DNA of 64,000 nucleotides from an uncultured cyanobacterium. Lineage in GTDB: Bacteria; Cyanobacteriota; Cyanobacteriia; Cyanobacteriales; CAWCAG01. The position numbers and the translations under genes are program-made. The stretch covers positions 32,001 to 96,000 of the forward strand of contig CAWDOD010000002.1 of assembly GCA_963803805.1 (NCBI GenBank). Direction: 5' to 3'. Each line of letters begins with the position of its first letter. Within the stretch, counting starts at the first letter, position 1. Below are positions 10,885-19,926 of this stretch, piece by piece. The notes below the pieces were generated by a model. The model was not told the origin of the DNA, did not search any database, and worked only from the letters and a program-made list of their open reading frames with translations.

Positions 10885-11125
10885 AAGAATTTTTGGAGTG
10901 TTGAAAGTTCTCTAACTAAAGGAGTTACTTAATATTTCTATTTTATTACTTGTCTTAGGAATAAGGAGCCTTTTTAAGTGTATACATTGAGGCACAAAAA
11001 AAATAGATTTGATATTTCCGTAAAAAAACTATGGCAGGACAGGTTGGTATCTGAAGAAAATGAATCTAGACTCACTAATTTGCTCCGTACTATTTTTGGT
11101 CTGCCTTACTGAGATTCTTGTAATT

Positions 11126-11893
11126 ATGACAAATCAGTCTCTTCCCGTTCGCGGAATGGAACTTTTGATTGCTTACTCTCGTAACCCCTCCATAAAAGTT
11201 CGGAATAAGTTAGTTCATTTGAACACTGGTTTAGTGCGGAAAGTTGCTCACCGAGTTAGCAAACAATGTGCCGAACCCTATGAAGATTTAGAGCAAATTG
11301 GCTACCTTGGTTTAATTCGCGCTATTGAACGCTTCGATCCTGACCAAGGGTGTGCTTTTAGCTCTTTTGCAGTGCCTTATATTCGTGGAGAAATGCTCCA
11401 TTTTCTACGAGATAAAAGCAGTACTGTGAGGATTCCTCGTCGTTGGCAAGAACTTTGTGCTAAGGCTAAGCGTTTGCGTAAAGAGTTAACCCAAACTCTA
11501 GGGCGCTTGCCCCAAGATAACGAAATAGCCCAAGAGTTGGGCGTTTCCGTTGGTGAGTGGCGCGAATGCAAGCTAGCTGTACAAAATCGTCTCTTGCTTA
11601 GCCTTGATGCCACTATTGGTCATTCAGCTAATTGTCCTGTAACCTTGGGGGAAACTTTACTCGACCCTGAGTACCAATCTAAACAAACTTCCCAAGAAGA
11701 TAAGCTCCACCTGCAAGGAGCATTAAGTCAACTAGAAGAAAAAACCCAAGCAGCTATTGAGTTGGTGTTCTTGCGGGATTTACCTCGTAAAGAAGCTGCC
11801 AAACGTATTGGCGTTAGTCCGATGACCGTAACACGGCATATCCAAAAAGGTATTGACCGTTTGGAAGAATTGCTAGAACCTCAAGCTGCTTAG
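11126..11893 (+). CDS. sigF: RNA polymerase sigma factor SigF
   Basis: DLEQIGYLGLIRAIERFDP, FSSFAVPYIRGEMLHFLRD, region 4 IGVSPMTVTR. Start placed at ATG 11126 (the ORF extends upstream to 11060). Confidence 0.88.
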   Translation: MTNQSLPVRGMELLIAYSRNPSIKVRNKLVHLNTGLVRKVAHRVSKQCAEPYEDLEQIGYLGLIRAIERFDPDQGCAFSSFAVPYIRGEMLHFLRDKSSTVRIPRRWQELCAKAKRLRKELTQTLGRLPQDNEIAQELGVSVGEWRECKLAVQNRLLLSLDATIGHSANCPVTLGETLLDPEYQSKQTSQEDKLHLQGALSQLEEKTQAAIELVFLRDLPRKEAAKRIGVSPMTVTRHIQKGIDRLEELLEPQAA

Positions 11894-11900
11894 TATTAAT

Positions 11901-12677
11901 TTAATAATGCTGCTTGTGGGTTAAGGAGTGGGGTTTCTCTAAACCATGAGACTCCATCAGTTTCTGGTCTGTCATAACTTCTTGGGGTTTGCCATCGGCT
12001 ATTATTTTTCCTTCGTCGAGGAGCAATACGCGATCGCAAACTTCCAAGATTAGCTCTAAATCGTGGGAAGAAATGGCGAAGGTTTCTGGAGACTGTTGCA
12101 GAAACTCAATTAAGCGTCGCCTTGCCCGCAAATCAAGGTTGGCGCTAGGTTCATCGTATAAGACTAACTGAGGCTGCATCGCTAAAACAGTGGCGATCGC
12201 CGCCATACATTTCTCTCCTCCAGATAATTGGTGGGGAACTCTATCAATAAGATGTCCTACTCCAGTAATCTCTAAAGCCTGCTGTACCCTAGTGGCAATT
12301 TCTTGGGCAGAAAGTCCCATGTTCTCTGGACCAAAAGCGACATCATCCCTTACGGTAGTGCAGAAGAGTTGATCGTCAGGATTTTGAAATACTAAGCCAA
12401 TTTCCGGCCGAAACTTCCCCACCTCCATGGGTTGCTCAAAAAGCTTAATTGTCCCGGCAGCAGGGGCTAAAATCCCGCAAATAGCTAGGAACAAGGTGGT
12501 TTTCCCTGCTCCATTCGGCCCAATTACACCGACTCTTTCCCCAGAGGAGATAGTTAGATCGAGGTTTTGCCAAATCAATCTTCCGTTAGCATAAAAAAAG
12601 CTGACATTTTCAAGAATAAGTGCTGCTTTTTCAGTGGTTTTGATGACCAATTGTTGATTCGGCTGTTTAATTACCAT
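11901..12677 (-). CDS. cbiO: Co/Ni ECF transporter ATPase
   Basis: GPNGAGKTT, FQNPDDQLF, LSGGEK, LYDEP; downstream of cbiQ. Confidence 0.88.
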   Translation of the reverse strand: MVIKQPNQQLVIKTTEKAALILENVSFFYANGRLIWQNLDLTISSGERVGVIGPNGAGKTTLFLAICGILAPAAGTIKLFEQPMEVGKFRPEIGLVFQNPDDQLFCTTVRDDVAFGPENMGLSAQEIATRVQQALEITGVGHLIDRVPHQLSGGEKCMAAIATVLAMQPQLVLYDEPSANLDLRARRRLIEFLQQSPETFAISSHDLELILEVCDRVLLLDEGKIIADGKPQEVMTDQKLMESHGLEKPHSLTHKQHY

Positions 12678-12742
12678 TAGTTACAAGTCAAAAGTCAAAA
12701 GGAAATAGTCAATATTGTTATTAATTATCCTGTAGTTTGTTG

Positions 12743-12773
12743 GTAACAGGAGGCGAACATCACCTCCTGTTAC
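12743..12773. terminator. strong hairpin between cbiQ and cbiO
   Basis: GTAACAGGAGG ... CCTCCTGTTAC, 11-bp perfect stem overlapping the cbiQ stop. Confidence 0.55.
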
Positions 12774-13546
12774 TTGAATAAACTCAGAATTATTTCGGTG
12801 CTGACAAAACTCAAAGCAAGAAGTAGAGTTACGATAAAAGCAATTTTGTGCTGACCAAATAGGGAATTTAGTTTGGAAGTTGGGAGTGGCTTTTGTCCGT
12901 AACCTCTTAGGAGCATAGCTTGATAAACTCGCTTGGATTTTTCGTAACTACTTACCAGTAAACTCCCTGTTAATCCAGCAAGGATTTTGAGGTTGCGAAA
13001 GCTGAAACTTTTATTTTGGAAACCCCGCATTTTCATTGCCCTTTGTCTGGTTTGTAAAATACCTCCTAATTCTTCGAGGTAACGATAGGATAGTAACATC
13101 ATATCGACGATGGTATGGGGCAATCCCAAGGAGCGCATAGCTTTGATACTGGTTAAGAAAGGTGCTGTACCAAAGAGGATTAAGCTGATGGTGAGAATGC
13201 AGAGGAAGCGAGTGACAATTAACAAGACTTGCAAGCAGCCTTCTTGCTTTATATCTAAGAAACCCAGGCGGAAAAGTACTGTATTTCCGGCTACAAAAGG
13301 TAAAAAAATCACCACTCCCAAAATAAACCAACCAGGGTAGCGTAGTCTTGATAATAAAAAAGAAAAAGGCAATCGAGATAAGTAAAAAAAAGTTGCAGTG
13401 ATGACTATCATTGCCGGGAGCAAAATCAAATGCTCCACGAAGGCAAAAGCGAAAATCAAACCCAACAATGCTATTAGTTTAGAACGTTGCTCCCAATGAT
13501 GAATAACTGAGTCTAAATAAGCGTAACGATCAATGGCTAATTTCAT
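12770..13546 (-). CDS. cbiQ: Co/Ni ECF transporter T component
   Basis: Membrane protein with SYRYL..L, AMKMRGF and AMLLRGY motifs. Confidence 0.88.
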   Translation of the reverse strand: MKLAIDRYAYLDSVIHHWEQRSKLIALLGLIFAFAFVEHLILLPAMIVITATFFYLSRLPFSFLLSRLRYPGWFILGVVIFLPFVAGNTVLFRLGFLDIKQEGCLQVLLIVTRFLCILTISLILFGTAPFLTSIKAMRSLGLPHTIVDMMLLSYRYLEELGGILQTRQRAMKMRGFQNKSFSFRNLKILAGLTGSLLVSSYEKSKRVYQAMLLRGYGQKPLPTSKLNSLFGQHKIAFIVTLLLALSFVSTEIILSLFK

Positions 13547-13567
13547 TTAGCTATTTATGATAAATGA

Positions 13568-14207
13568 CTAGTTTTCTAATAGTTCTGGCTTAACTTGTTG
13601 CAGGAAAGAAACTAACATTACTGTGAAGATTCCTTCAAGTATTGCGAGTATGCCGTGGGCAATAAGAGAAGCAAAAACAGCAGTTATTTCTGCCTGGGCA
13701 TTAATATCCTTGGAGATGTTGGTGACAACTAGTAAGGTATACAATGAAGCTCCCAAAGCTATACCACTAAAACCAGCCAAGAAAGCACAAAGTCCTCGCC
13801 AAGATGGTTTGTTATGCCCTAAGCGATGCCGGAGGTGGAAGATATGATGAGCTAGGAGTGCCGGAAGCCCCATGATTATGGCGTTAACCCCCAAAGTAGA
13901 TAAGCCTCCATGTTGAAACATTACTGCCTGGAAAAATAGCCCGATGAGAATGGCGGGGAAAGCGTAGTAGCCTAAAATAGCCCCCATCATACCGTTTAAG
14001 ATTAAATGAACGCTGCTAGGGGGTAAAGGAATATGAATCAAAGAAGCTAGAAAGAAGGCGGCGGTGAGTAGGGAAGCTTTGGGAATTTGCTCTTGAGAGT
14101 TTTTGGTTTGGCTAATTTGACGCAAGGAATACCAAGTTACTCCACCAGTCGGCCCCGTAACCGGCGATCGCAATACTGGGGGGAAGAAGACCATCGGGTA
14201 TATGCAT
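13568..14207 (-). pseudogene. cbiM: CbiM/NikM substrate-capture component with +1 frameshift near 14150-14156 (or sequence error)
   Basis: ATG at 14207 reads MHIPDGLLPPSIAIAGYG. The body (TGGVTWYSL..AAFFLASLIHIP..SVHLIL..FQHGG) is in another frame. Span is 640 bp = 3n+1. Confidence 0.85.
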
Positions 14208-14209
14208 GG

Positions 14210-14713
14210 TTATTGAGTCTTCCTCCTAGCGAAGAATAGGGCTGTACCCACAAATCCCCAGGCACTAGTAACCCCCAAAAGAGCTTTTTGCAAGGGACTG
14301 TAGTTACTTTGTCCTGCTGCCCAAGAATTGCTGGTTGCAGAGGCTGTAATTCCTTCTTCATCAATAGGAATACTAACAATGCTGCCATGACCTGCTTGGC
14401 GTACTTTAATATCCCAATTGCCTGGTTGTTCGCTGTCTGGGATGAAGGTGAAGCGACCTTTTTCATCTGTAGTTCCTTTGCTCCAAGGCTTTGCCGGATC
14501 TTCAGGGCTATAAACTACTACCTGAGCATTAGCCATCGGTTCGTTGTTATCATAGGTTGCTTGAATTTCGACGGTTTTGGTTTCGCGATAGTCAATTTTG
14601 CTACCGTGGTCCAAGGCTTTCGTTGACCACGGCAAAAAAGATATACAAAGGAAAGGAAGTAAATATTTCCACTGGTTATGAGTCATAAGTTGAGAGTAGG
14701 GGGGGTAGGACAA
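14210..14713 (-). CDS. accessory Co/Ni transport protein (signal peptide, carboxypeptidase-regulatory-like domain, C-terminal TM; CbiL/NikL-like)
   Basis: Signal peptide then HG, PMANAQVVVY, GTTDEKGRFTF, QAGHG and a C-terminal TM. Sits 2 bp from the cbiM start. Confidence 0.7.
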   Translation of the reverse strand: MSYPPYSQLMTHNQWKYLLPFLCISFLPWSTKALDHGSKIDYRETKTVEIQATYDNNEPMANAQVVVYSPEDPAKPWSKGTTDEKGRFTFIPDSEQPGNWDIKVRQAGHGSIVSIPIDEEGITASATSNSWAAGQSNYSPLQKALLGVTSAWGFVGTALFFARRKTQ

Positions 14714-14724
14714 CTGGTTACTTA

Positions 14725-15582
14725 TTACTTGTTACCTGACTTGTAAAGACAATGCCCTTCTCCAACGTGTCCTAAACCTACTAGAGCTTTTTCTAAGGTT
14801 TGGTAGTCTTGGTTGGAAAGTTGAGATTTTAAGTTTGTTTCATCAACATTTAATTGTCCATTTTCAGCTAAAGCTGCTAAAGGGTCAAAACCGATTGCCT
14901 CTTGATTCATTTCATCATCGGCGGGAAGTTCTGCATCTCCGAAAATATGATCAAAATGAAAAGTTGTTTCAACTTCAGCTTGTTGTTCAGATTGGACAAT
15001 TCCTTTGCGTTCGTCACCAACAAATTCGCCACAAGTGTAATTTGGTTGAGGGTTAAGTTTGATGAGGAAATTAACAGTTTGACTTTCTTTTTTTGCCTGA
15101 CCAACTAAGACAATAGTGTTTCCTTTTGCTTCTCCTGATTCAGCTTTGGCTAATTTCCAAGCTAAAGCATTATAAGAACCAGGAGGAACTTCTTTTTGGG
15201 TAACTAATATCGGGTCTGCGTCACTAGATCCGGCTGCAAGATCGACAGTTTCCGGAGTTGTGATTAGTGCTACTACTTCTTCTGCTTCGATCTCGTTGTC
15301 AGATTCTGGATCAAAAGGAGAAGAGGTTTGGTAAGCTTTAACATCAGTTAAGGTAACATAAACTTTATCGAAATTGATTTGCCAATCATCTTTCGTTGTA
15401 AAACCATTTCTAACAAAGTCTTCGCCGTTAGCTACTAAAGCTAGAGTTCCTGGGGTTTGGGAACTTTCAGTTTTGTTTTCTTGTTCAGTTTGATTCTGTG
15501 TTGCACAACTAACTAATAGGGTAGTAGCTAAGCAAACCAAATTTGTTTTCAGAAAAATACTTTTCATTAGCTTGCTAAGCAT
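14725..15582 (-). CDS. putative metal-binding lipoprotein (DUF4382-like)
   Basis: Lipobox LVSC, ANGEDFVR, FHFDHIFGD, GHVGEGHC. First gene of the ECF operon. Confidence 0.7.
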   Translation of the reverse strand: MLSKLMKSIFLKTNLVCLATTLLVSCATQNQTEQENKTESSQTPGTLALVANGEDFVRNGFTTKDDWQINFDKVYVTLTDVKAYQTSSPFDPESDNEIEAEEVVALITTPETVDLAAGSSDADPILVTQKEVPPGSYNALAWKLAKAESGEAKGNTIVLVGQAKKESQTVNFLIKLNPQPNYTCGEFVGDERKGIVQSEQQAEVETTFHFDHIFGDAELPADDEMNQEAIGFDPLAALAENGQLNVDETNLKSQLSNQDYQTLEKALVGLGHVGEGHCLYKSGNK

Positions 15583-15790
15583 TAAAGAGACAGCAGTTTG
15601 TTTTACCTTAATTATTCTTCAACTTTTTGCTAATATTTGCAATGCCCCCAGAGGGGATTTAAGCGGTTTTCGTAGTTGTTAATACTTTCTTAAAAAACAA
15701 AATTTTCTGTTAGTTTCTTGCTATAATATCCGAACCTTAAAAAGCTGTTTTTTATTACTAATTACTGATTACTGATTACCTAATTATCAA

Positions 15791-17428
15791 ATGCCAAACA
15801 GCTTCATTAGTAAACAAACAATATCTATGCAAACTCGCGACGGCGTGCGGTTGGATGCAGATGTTTATTATCCTCAAGAAAAGGGAGAATATCCTGTCTT
15901 GTTGATGCGGCAACCCTATGGTAGAGCGATCGCTTCTACAGTGGTGTATGCTCATCCTAGTTGGTATGCGGCACAAGGTTATGTGGTTGTTATTCAGGAT
16001 GTGCGGGGGCGGGGGACTTCCCAAGGGGAATTTGAGCTTTTTGCTAAAGAAATTGAGGATGGTTACGACAGTGTGATTTGGGCATCACAACTGCCTGGTA
16101 GTACAGGAGATGTGGGGATGTACGGGTTTTCCTATCAAGGCATGACCCAATTATATGCGGCGATCGCAACTCCGACACCTTTAAAAACTATTTGTCCGGC
16201 GATGGTAGCGGGAGATTTGTATACAGATTGGGCTTATGAAGGGGGGGCATTTTACCTACAAACCAACTTGGCATGGGCAATACAAATAGCTGCTGAGACA
16301 GCACGTTTAAAAGGCGATGAGGCTGCTTTTAACCGTCTTTATGCCACTTCTCGCCACCTTCCTTTTGATGATCCTCAACCTGTTCGTCCCAACATTCTCA
16401 CAGAGTTAGTCCCGGATTCTTTTTACCATCAATGGTTAGATCGTCCTCCCCAAGACTCCTACTGGCAAAAGCTTTCTCCTCAAGGATTAATGGCGGATGT
16501 GGATTTGCCAATGTTGCATATTGGGGGTTGGTTTGATACCTATTTACGTGGCACTCTTGGTATTTATCAACAAATGGCTAAAGGTGACAACCTTCAACAT
16601 TTAGTTATTGGCCCCTGGGGGCATTTACCCTGGGGGCGGAAAGTTGGGGCAAAGGATTATGGTGTAGCTGCAATTACTCCTGTTGATGAGATGCAGATTT
16701 GTTGGTTTGATTATTTCCTTAAGGATAAAGATACAGGAATTACCCAAGACAAGCCTGTCCGCTTGTTTGAAATGGGCAGCAATCAATGGCGTTACTACAC
16801 AGAGTTTCCTGATCATCAAAAACAAATTTATTATTTAGCAAGTAATGGTTTAGCTAGCATTAGGGAGGATGCAGGAGAGTTATGCAAAGTCCCTAGTTCC
16901 AAACCTTTATTGGATACCATTGTCAGTGATCCTTGGCGGGCTGTACCTTCTTTGGGGGGACATTGTAGCTTTCCTCCTGGTGCTTTTGAACGCAGCAGTA
17001 TTGACAGTCGTGGTGATGTTTTAACCTATACATCTACCCCTTTGCAGGAAGAGTTGCACATAGTTGGAGAAATTGTGTTAGAGATTTACTGTGTTGCCGA
17101 TGTAGCTAGTTTTGATGTTTGCGCTATCTTATCTGAAGTGCAAAAAGATGGTAGGGTTTACAATTTTAGCCAAGGTTATCGCCGTGTGGATGGAGAAGAG
17201 TTGCCCCTCAAAATCTCTTTGCAACCTACTTGCATTGCAATTAGTCAAGGAAATGCTTTACGTCTCAGTTTAAGCGCAACCTGTTTTCCTGCCTATCCTA
17301 TTAATCCTGGTACAGGAAAGCTGTCTAGAGATGCTACTTTGATTGAGTCGAGAGTGATTACTTTGAATATCAATAACAACAAAGATAGTATTTGTCGGCT
17401 TTTGATTCCCAAGGCAATTTTTAATTAA
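15791..17428 (+). CDS. CocE/NonD family hydrolase
   Basis: TRDGVRLDADVY, QDVRGRGTS, GFSYQG, GGWFD, GPWGH. Confidence 0.92.
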   Translation: MPNSFISKQTISMQTRDGVRLDADVYYPQEKGEYPVLLMRQPYGRAIASTVVYAHPSWYAAQGYVVVIQDVRGRGTSQGEFELFAKEIEDGYDSVIWASQLPGSTGDVGMYGFSYQGMTQLYAAIATPTPLKTICPAMVAGDLYTDWAYEGGAFYLQTNLAWAIQIAAETARLKGDEAAFNRLYATSRHLPFDDPQPVRPNILTELVPDSFYHQWLDRPPQDSYWQKLSPQGLMADVDLPMLHIGGWFDTYLRGTLGIYQQMAKGDNLQHLVIGPWGHLPWGRKVGAKDYGVAAITPVDEMQICWFDYFLKDKDTGITQDKPVRLFEMGSNQWRYYTEFPDHQKQIYYLASNGLASIREDAGELCKVPSSKPLLDTIVSDPWRAVPSLGGHCSFPPGAFERSSIDSRGDVLTYTSTPLQEELHIVGEIVLEIYCVADVASFDVCAILSEVQKDGRVYNFSQGYRRVDGEELPLKISLQPTCIAISQGNALRLSLSATCFPAYPINPGTGKLSRDATLIESRVITLNINNNKDSICRLLIPKAIFN

Positions 17429-17459
17429 CGCCATTCCCTATTACCCAAAATAATAATTT

Positions 17460-18458
17460 TCAACCCAAAACTTCCCCTAAAGATAACCTCATGCCGTTAA
17501 TAAAATCTGTCCCTGATTGAGCTTTCTTTCCTGCTGGTTGTAACTCTGTTAATAGTAATAACCCTTCTCCAGTTTGGACGATGGGGCCAAGCCTTTTGGC
17601 TAAGTAAACTACTTCTCCGGGGCTTCCTTTTAAAGATGATAATTGTTCTTCTTGTTGAGATAAAGCTGCTATTTCTGGAGGAAGTTGTCGCCAGTATTGT
17701 TTACCTAAAGGTGCAGAGGCTTTTATTTTCAGCTTGTTATCCCGAAAAGAGGTGGTACAGTTAGGAAAAAATCCCCTGATTTGATTATGAATGGCGATCG
17801 CACTATGTAACCAATTTAGTTCGTAATCTGATTTTTCAATTAGGGGGGCGTAGGTTGCTTGAGAGTTATCTTGGGGACTGGGTTTGATTTGGCTTTGATT
17901 GAGTTTTAAAAGCGTCAAAACCAACAGCTTAGCGCCAATATCAGCTAAGTTTACTGCCAAATCATGGGCATTATCGAGAATGCCAATGGGAGTCGATTCT
18001 TTTAATAATATATCCCCTGTATCCATCCCTACATCCATCAACATTGTCGTCATGCCTGTTTTGGTTTCCCCATTGTACAAACACCATTGAATTGGCGCTG
18101 CACCGCGATATTGGGGCAAAATAGAACCGTGACCATTAATACAACCTAATCTAGGTATGTTGAGGATTTCTGGTGAGAGGATTTGTCCGTAAGCAACGAC
18201 GATAAAGGCATCGGCTTCACTGATTTTGAGTTTCCCTAGGGTTTCTGCATCTTTTTTGATACGCCGAGGTTGCCAGACTGGTAAATCATGATTGAGAGCA
18301 ACTTCTTTAACTGCTGAAGGGATTAATTGTTTTCCTCTACCTCGTGGTTTGTCAGGTTGAGTGACAATTCCTAAAACTTCTATTTCTGGATGTTGTAGGA
18401 AAGATTTTAAGGTGGGAACAGCGAATTGTGGCGTACCAAAAAAGATGATCTTAAGCAT
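17460..18458 (-). CDS. fmt: methionyl-tRNA formyltransferase
   Basis: [41 protein letters not shown]. Confidence 0.97.
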   Translation of the reverse strand: MLKIIFFGTPQFAVPTLKSFLQHPEIEVLGIVTQPDKPRGRGKQLIPSAVKEVALNHDLPVWQPRRIKKDAETLGKLKISEADAFIVVAYGQILSPEILNIPRLGCINGHGSILPQYRGAAPIQWCLYNGETKTGMTTMLMDVGMDTGDILLKESTPIGILDNAHDLAVNLADIGAKLLVLTLLKLNQSQIKPSPQDNSQATYAPLIEKSDYELNWLHSAIAIHNQIRGFFPNCTTSFRDNKLKIKASAPLGKQYWRQLPPEIAALSQQEEQLSSLKGSPGEVVYLAKRLGPIVQTGEGLLLLTELQPAGKKAQSGTDFINGMRLSLGEVLG

Positions 18459-18616
18459 TAATAAGGATTAGTTGAAGAAAAGACTAACAGAAAAGTTGAG
18501 GATAAATTTTGCGCCAGCCTAATACCATTTATTATTTAAACATTAAACATTAAATATTTATCACTGGCTATAGATAGCTGCGATTATTTTAGCTTAGATT
18601 TGCTGGAGAGTAAGTA

Positions 18617-18749
18617 TATAGCAATTCTACAACTTGTGAGGTACAGCATAGATTCTGGTTTTTGCGCTTTTGCTAGTGGCTAGTAGCTAGTGGTTGGTGG
18701 AAATATGAAAATAGACCAAATGTACCTCATGAATTTGAGAACCGCTATA
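18617..18749. mobile_element. MITE-like element with ~29-bp imperfect terminal inverted repeats
   Basis: Left end TATAGCAATTCTACAACTTGTGAGGTACA; right end reverse-complemented TATAGCGGTTCTCAAATTCATGAGGTACA. Internal heptamer repeats (CTAGTGG/CTAGTAG); no ORF. Confidence 0.7.
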
Positions 18750-18844
18750 GTTTGGAAAACTGCTTTTCAGGACGTACCTTTTTCACCATATACATAATAT
18801 CATGTCAAGGAAGAAAAAGGCGAAGAATAGATTTAAAGAAATAT

Positions 18845-19783
18845 TTAGCTGTTAGCTAATGACAAAAACATAACTTCCCAAACTAAACGAGGCTGAACAT
18901 AACTAAGAATGAATTTACGGGTTTCCTCTAATTTATGTAATATATTAGGCTGGCGCTTTTGTTCCCAATAGATGTATTGAAGATAATTGATTAACCATAA
19001 TTGAGTTTCCGTCTCTAAATTATCCACAATTTCTTTAGCTAAACTTAAAGCTGCTACAGGATGGTTAGGAATTTCTCGCAATTTAATTAATAACTTTTCA
19101 GGAATAGCTTGTAATTGTTCCCAAGCATAAATAGCTTCTCCGGGGCTACCTTGGGCAATATTAAGTATCGTTGGTTCGGCTAAAATATCTTCTCTCCCTA
19201 AGCTTTGCAAAACTTGTTCCATATCACTTATAGCAAGACGATAAAAAGGAATCCGCTGACAGCGAGAAACCAAAGTTGGCAACAAAGAATCGGCATTAGG
19301 AGTAATTAAAATCAAGGTTGCTTTACCTGGTTCTTCTAAGGTTTTTAATAAAGCGTTAGCAGGAGATTCTGCCATGGTTTGGGCATCTTCAATGACAACC
19401 ACTGAACGAGAAGATTCTAAGGGGGGGCGGCTAAGAAATCTGGTTATTTCCCTAATTTGTTCAGTACGAATTTGCGGTGGTGCTTTCTTCTTTAAACCAA
19501 TTTCCGTTGCTTCTTGTGCTGATAATAATTTACCTTGATGTTGATAGGTGGGTTTCACAAAAAGCAAGTCAGGATGGTTACTTTTAAGCAGCTTTTTTTT
19601 AATTACAGGATGTTTTTCTATTGGTATTTGCTCACAAAATAGTAACTCAAGAAAATATTGAGCAGTTAAACCTTTACCAATACCAGAGTAACCAGCGAAT
19701 AAGTAAGCCGGAGCAAGACGGTTTTGTTGTATCGCACTGGTTAGTAATTCAATAGCTTGGGGTTGACCAATGACATTTTTCAT
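18845..19783 (-). CDS. holB: DNA polymerase III subunit delta'
   Basis: AYLFAGYSGIGK, HPDL, ANALLKTLEEP, LLPTLVSRCQ. Confidence 0.93.
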   Translation of the reverse strand: MKNVIGQPQAIELLTSAIQQNRLAPAYLFAGYSGIGKGLTAQYFLELLFCEQIPIEKHPVIKKKLLKSNHPDLLFVKPTYQHQGKLLSAQEATEIGLKKKAPPQIRTEQIREITRFLSRPPLESSRSVVVIEDAQTMAESPANALLKTLEEPGKATLILITPNADSLLPTLVSRCQRIPFYRLAISDMEQVLQSLGREDILAEPTILNIAQGSPGEAIYAWEQLQAIPEKLLIKLREIPNHPVAALSLAKEIVDNLETETQLWLINYLQYIYWEQKRQPNILHKLEETRKFILSYVQPRLVWEVMFLSLANS

Positions 19784-19926
19784 TTATTATCATTTATATT
19801 AAATAGATTATTAATCCAGTCTATAAAAACTTTCCCTATTTCACTATCAGATGATTACCAATACCCACTTTGATGGGAGGAAAGTTATTAGCAACCAACT
19901 CTTCATTTAATTCCTCAATCTATTAC

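Noticed and set aside
13568..14194. ORF-track start MVFFPPV for cbiM
   Set aside because: Artefact of the frameshift; the real N-terminus MHIPDG starts at 14207.
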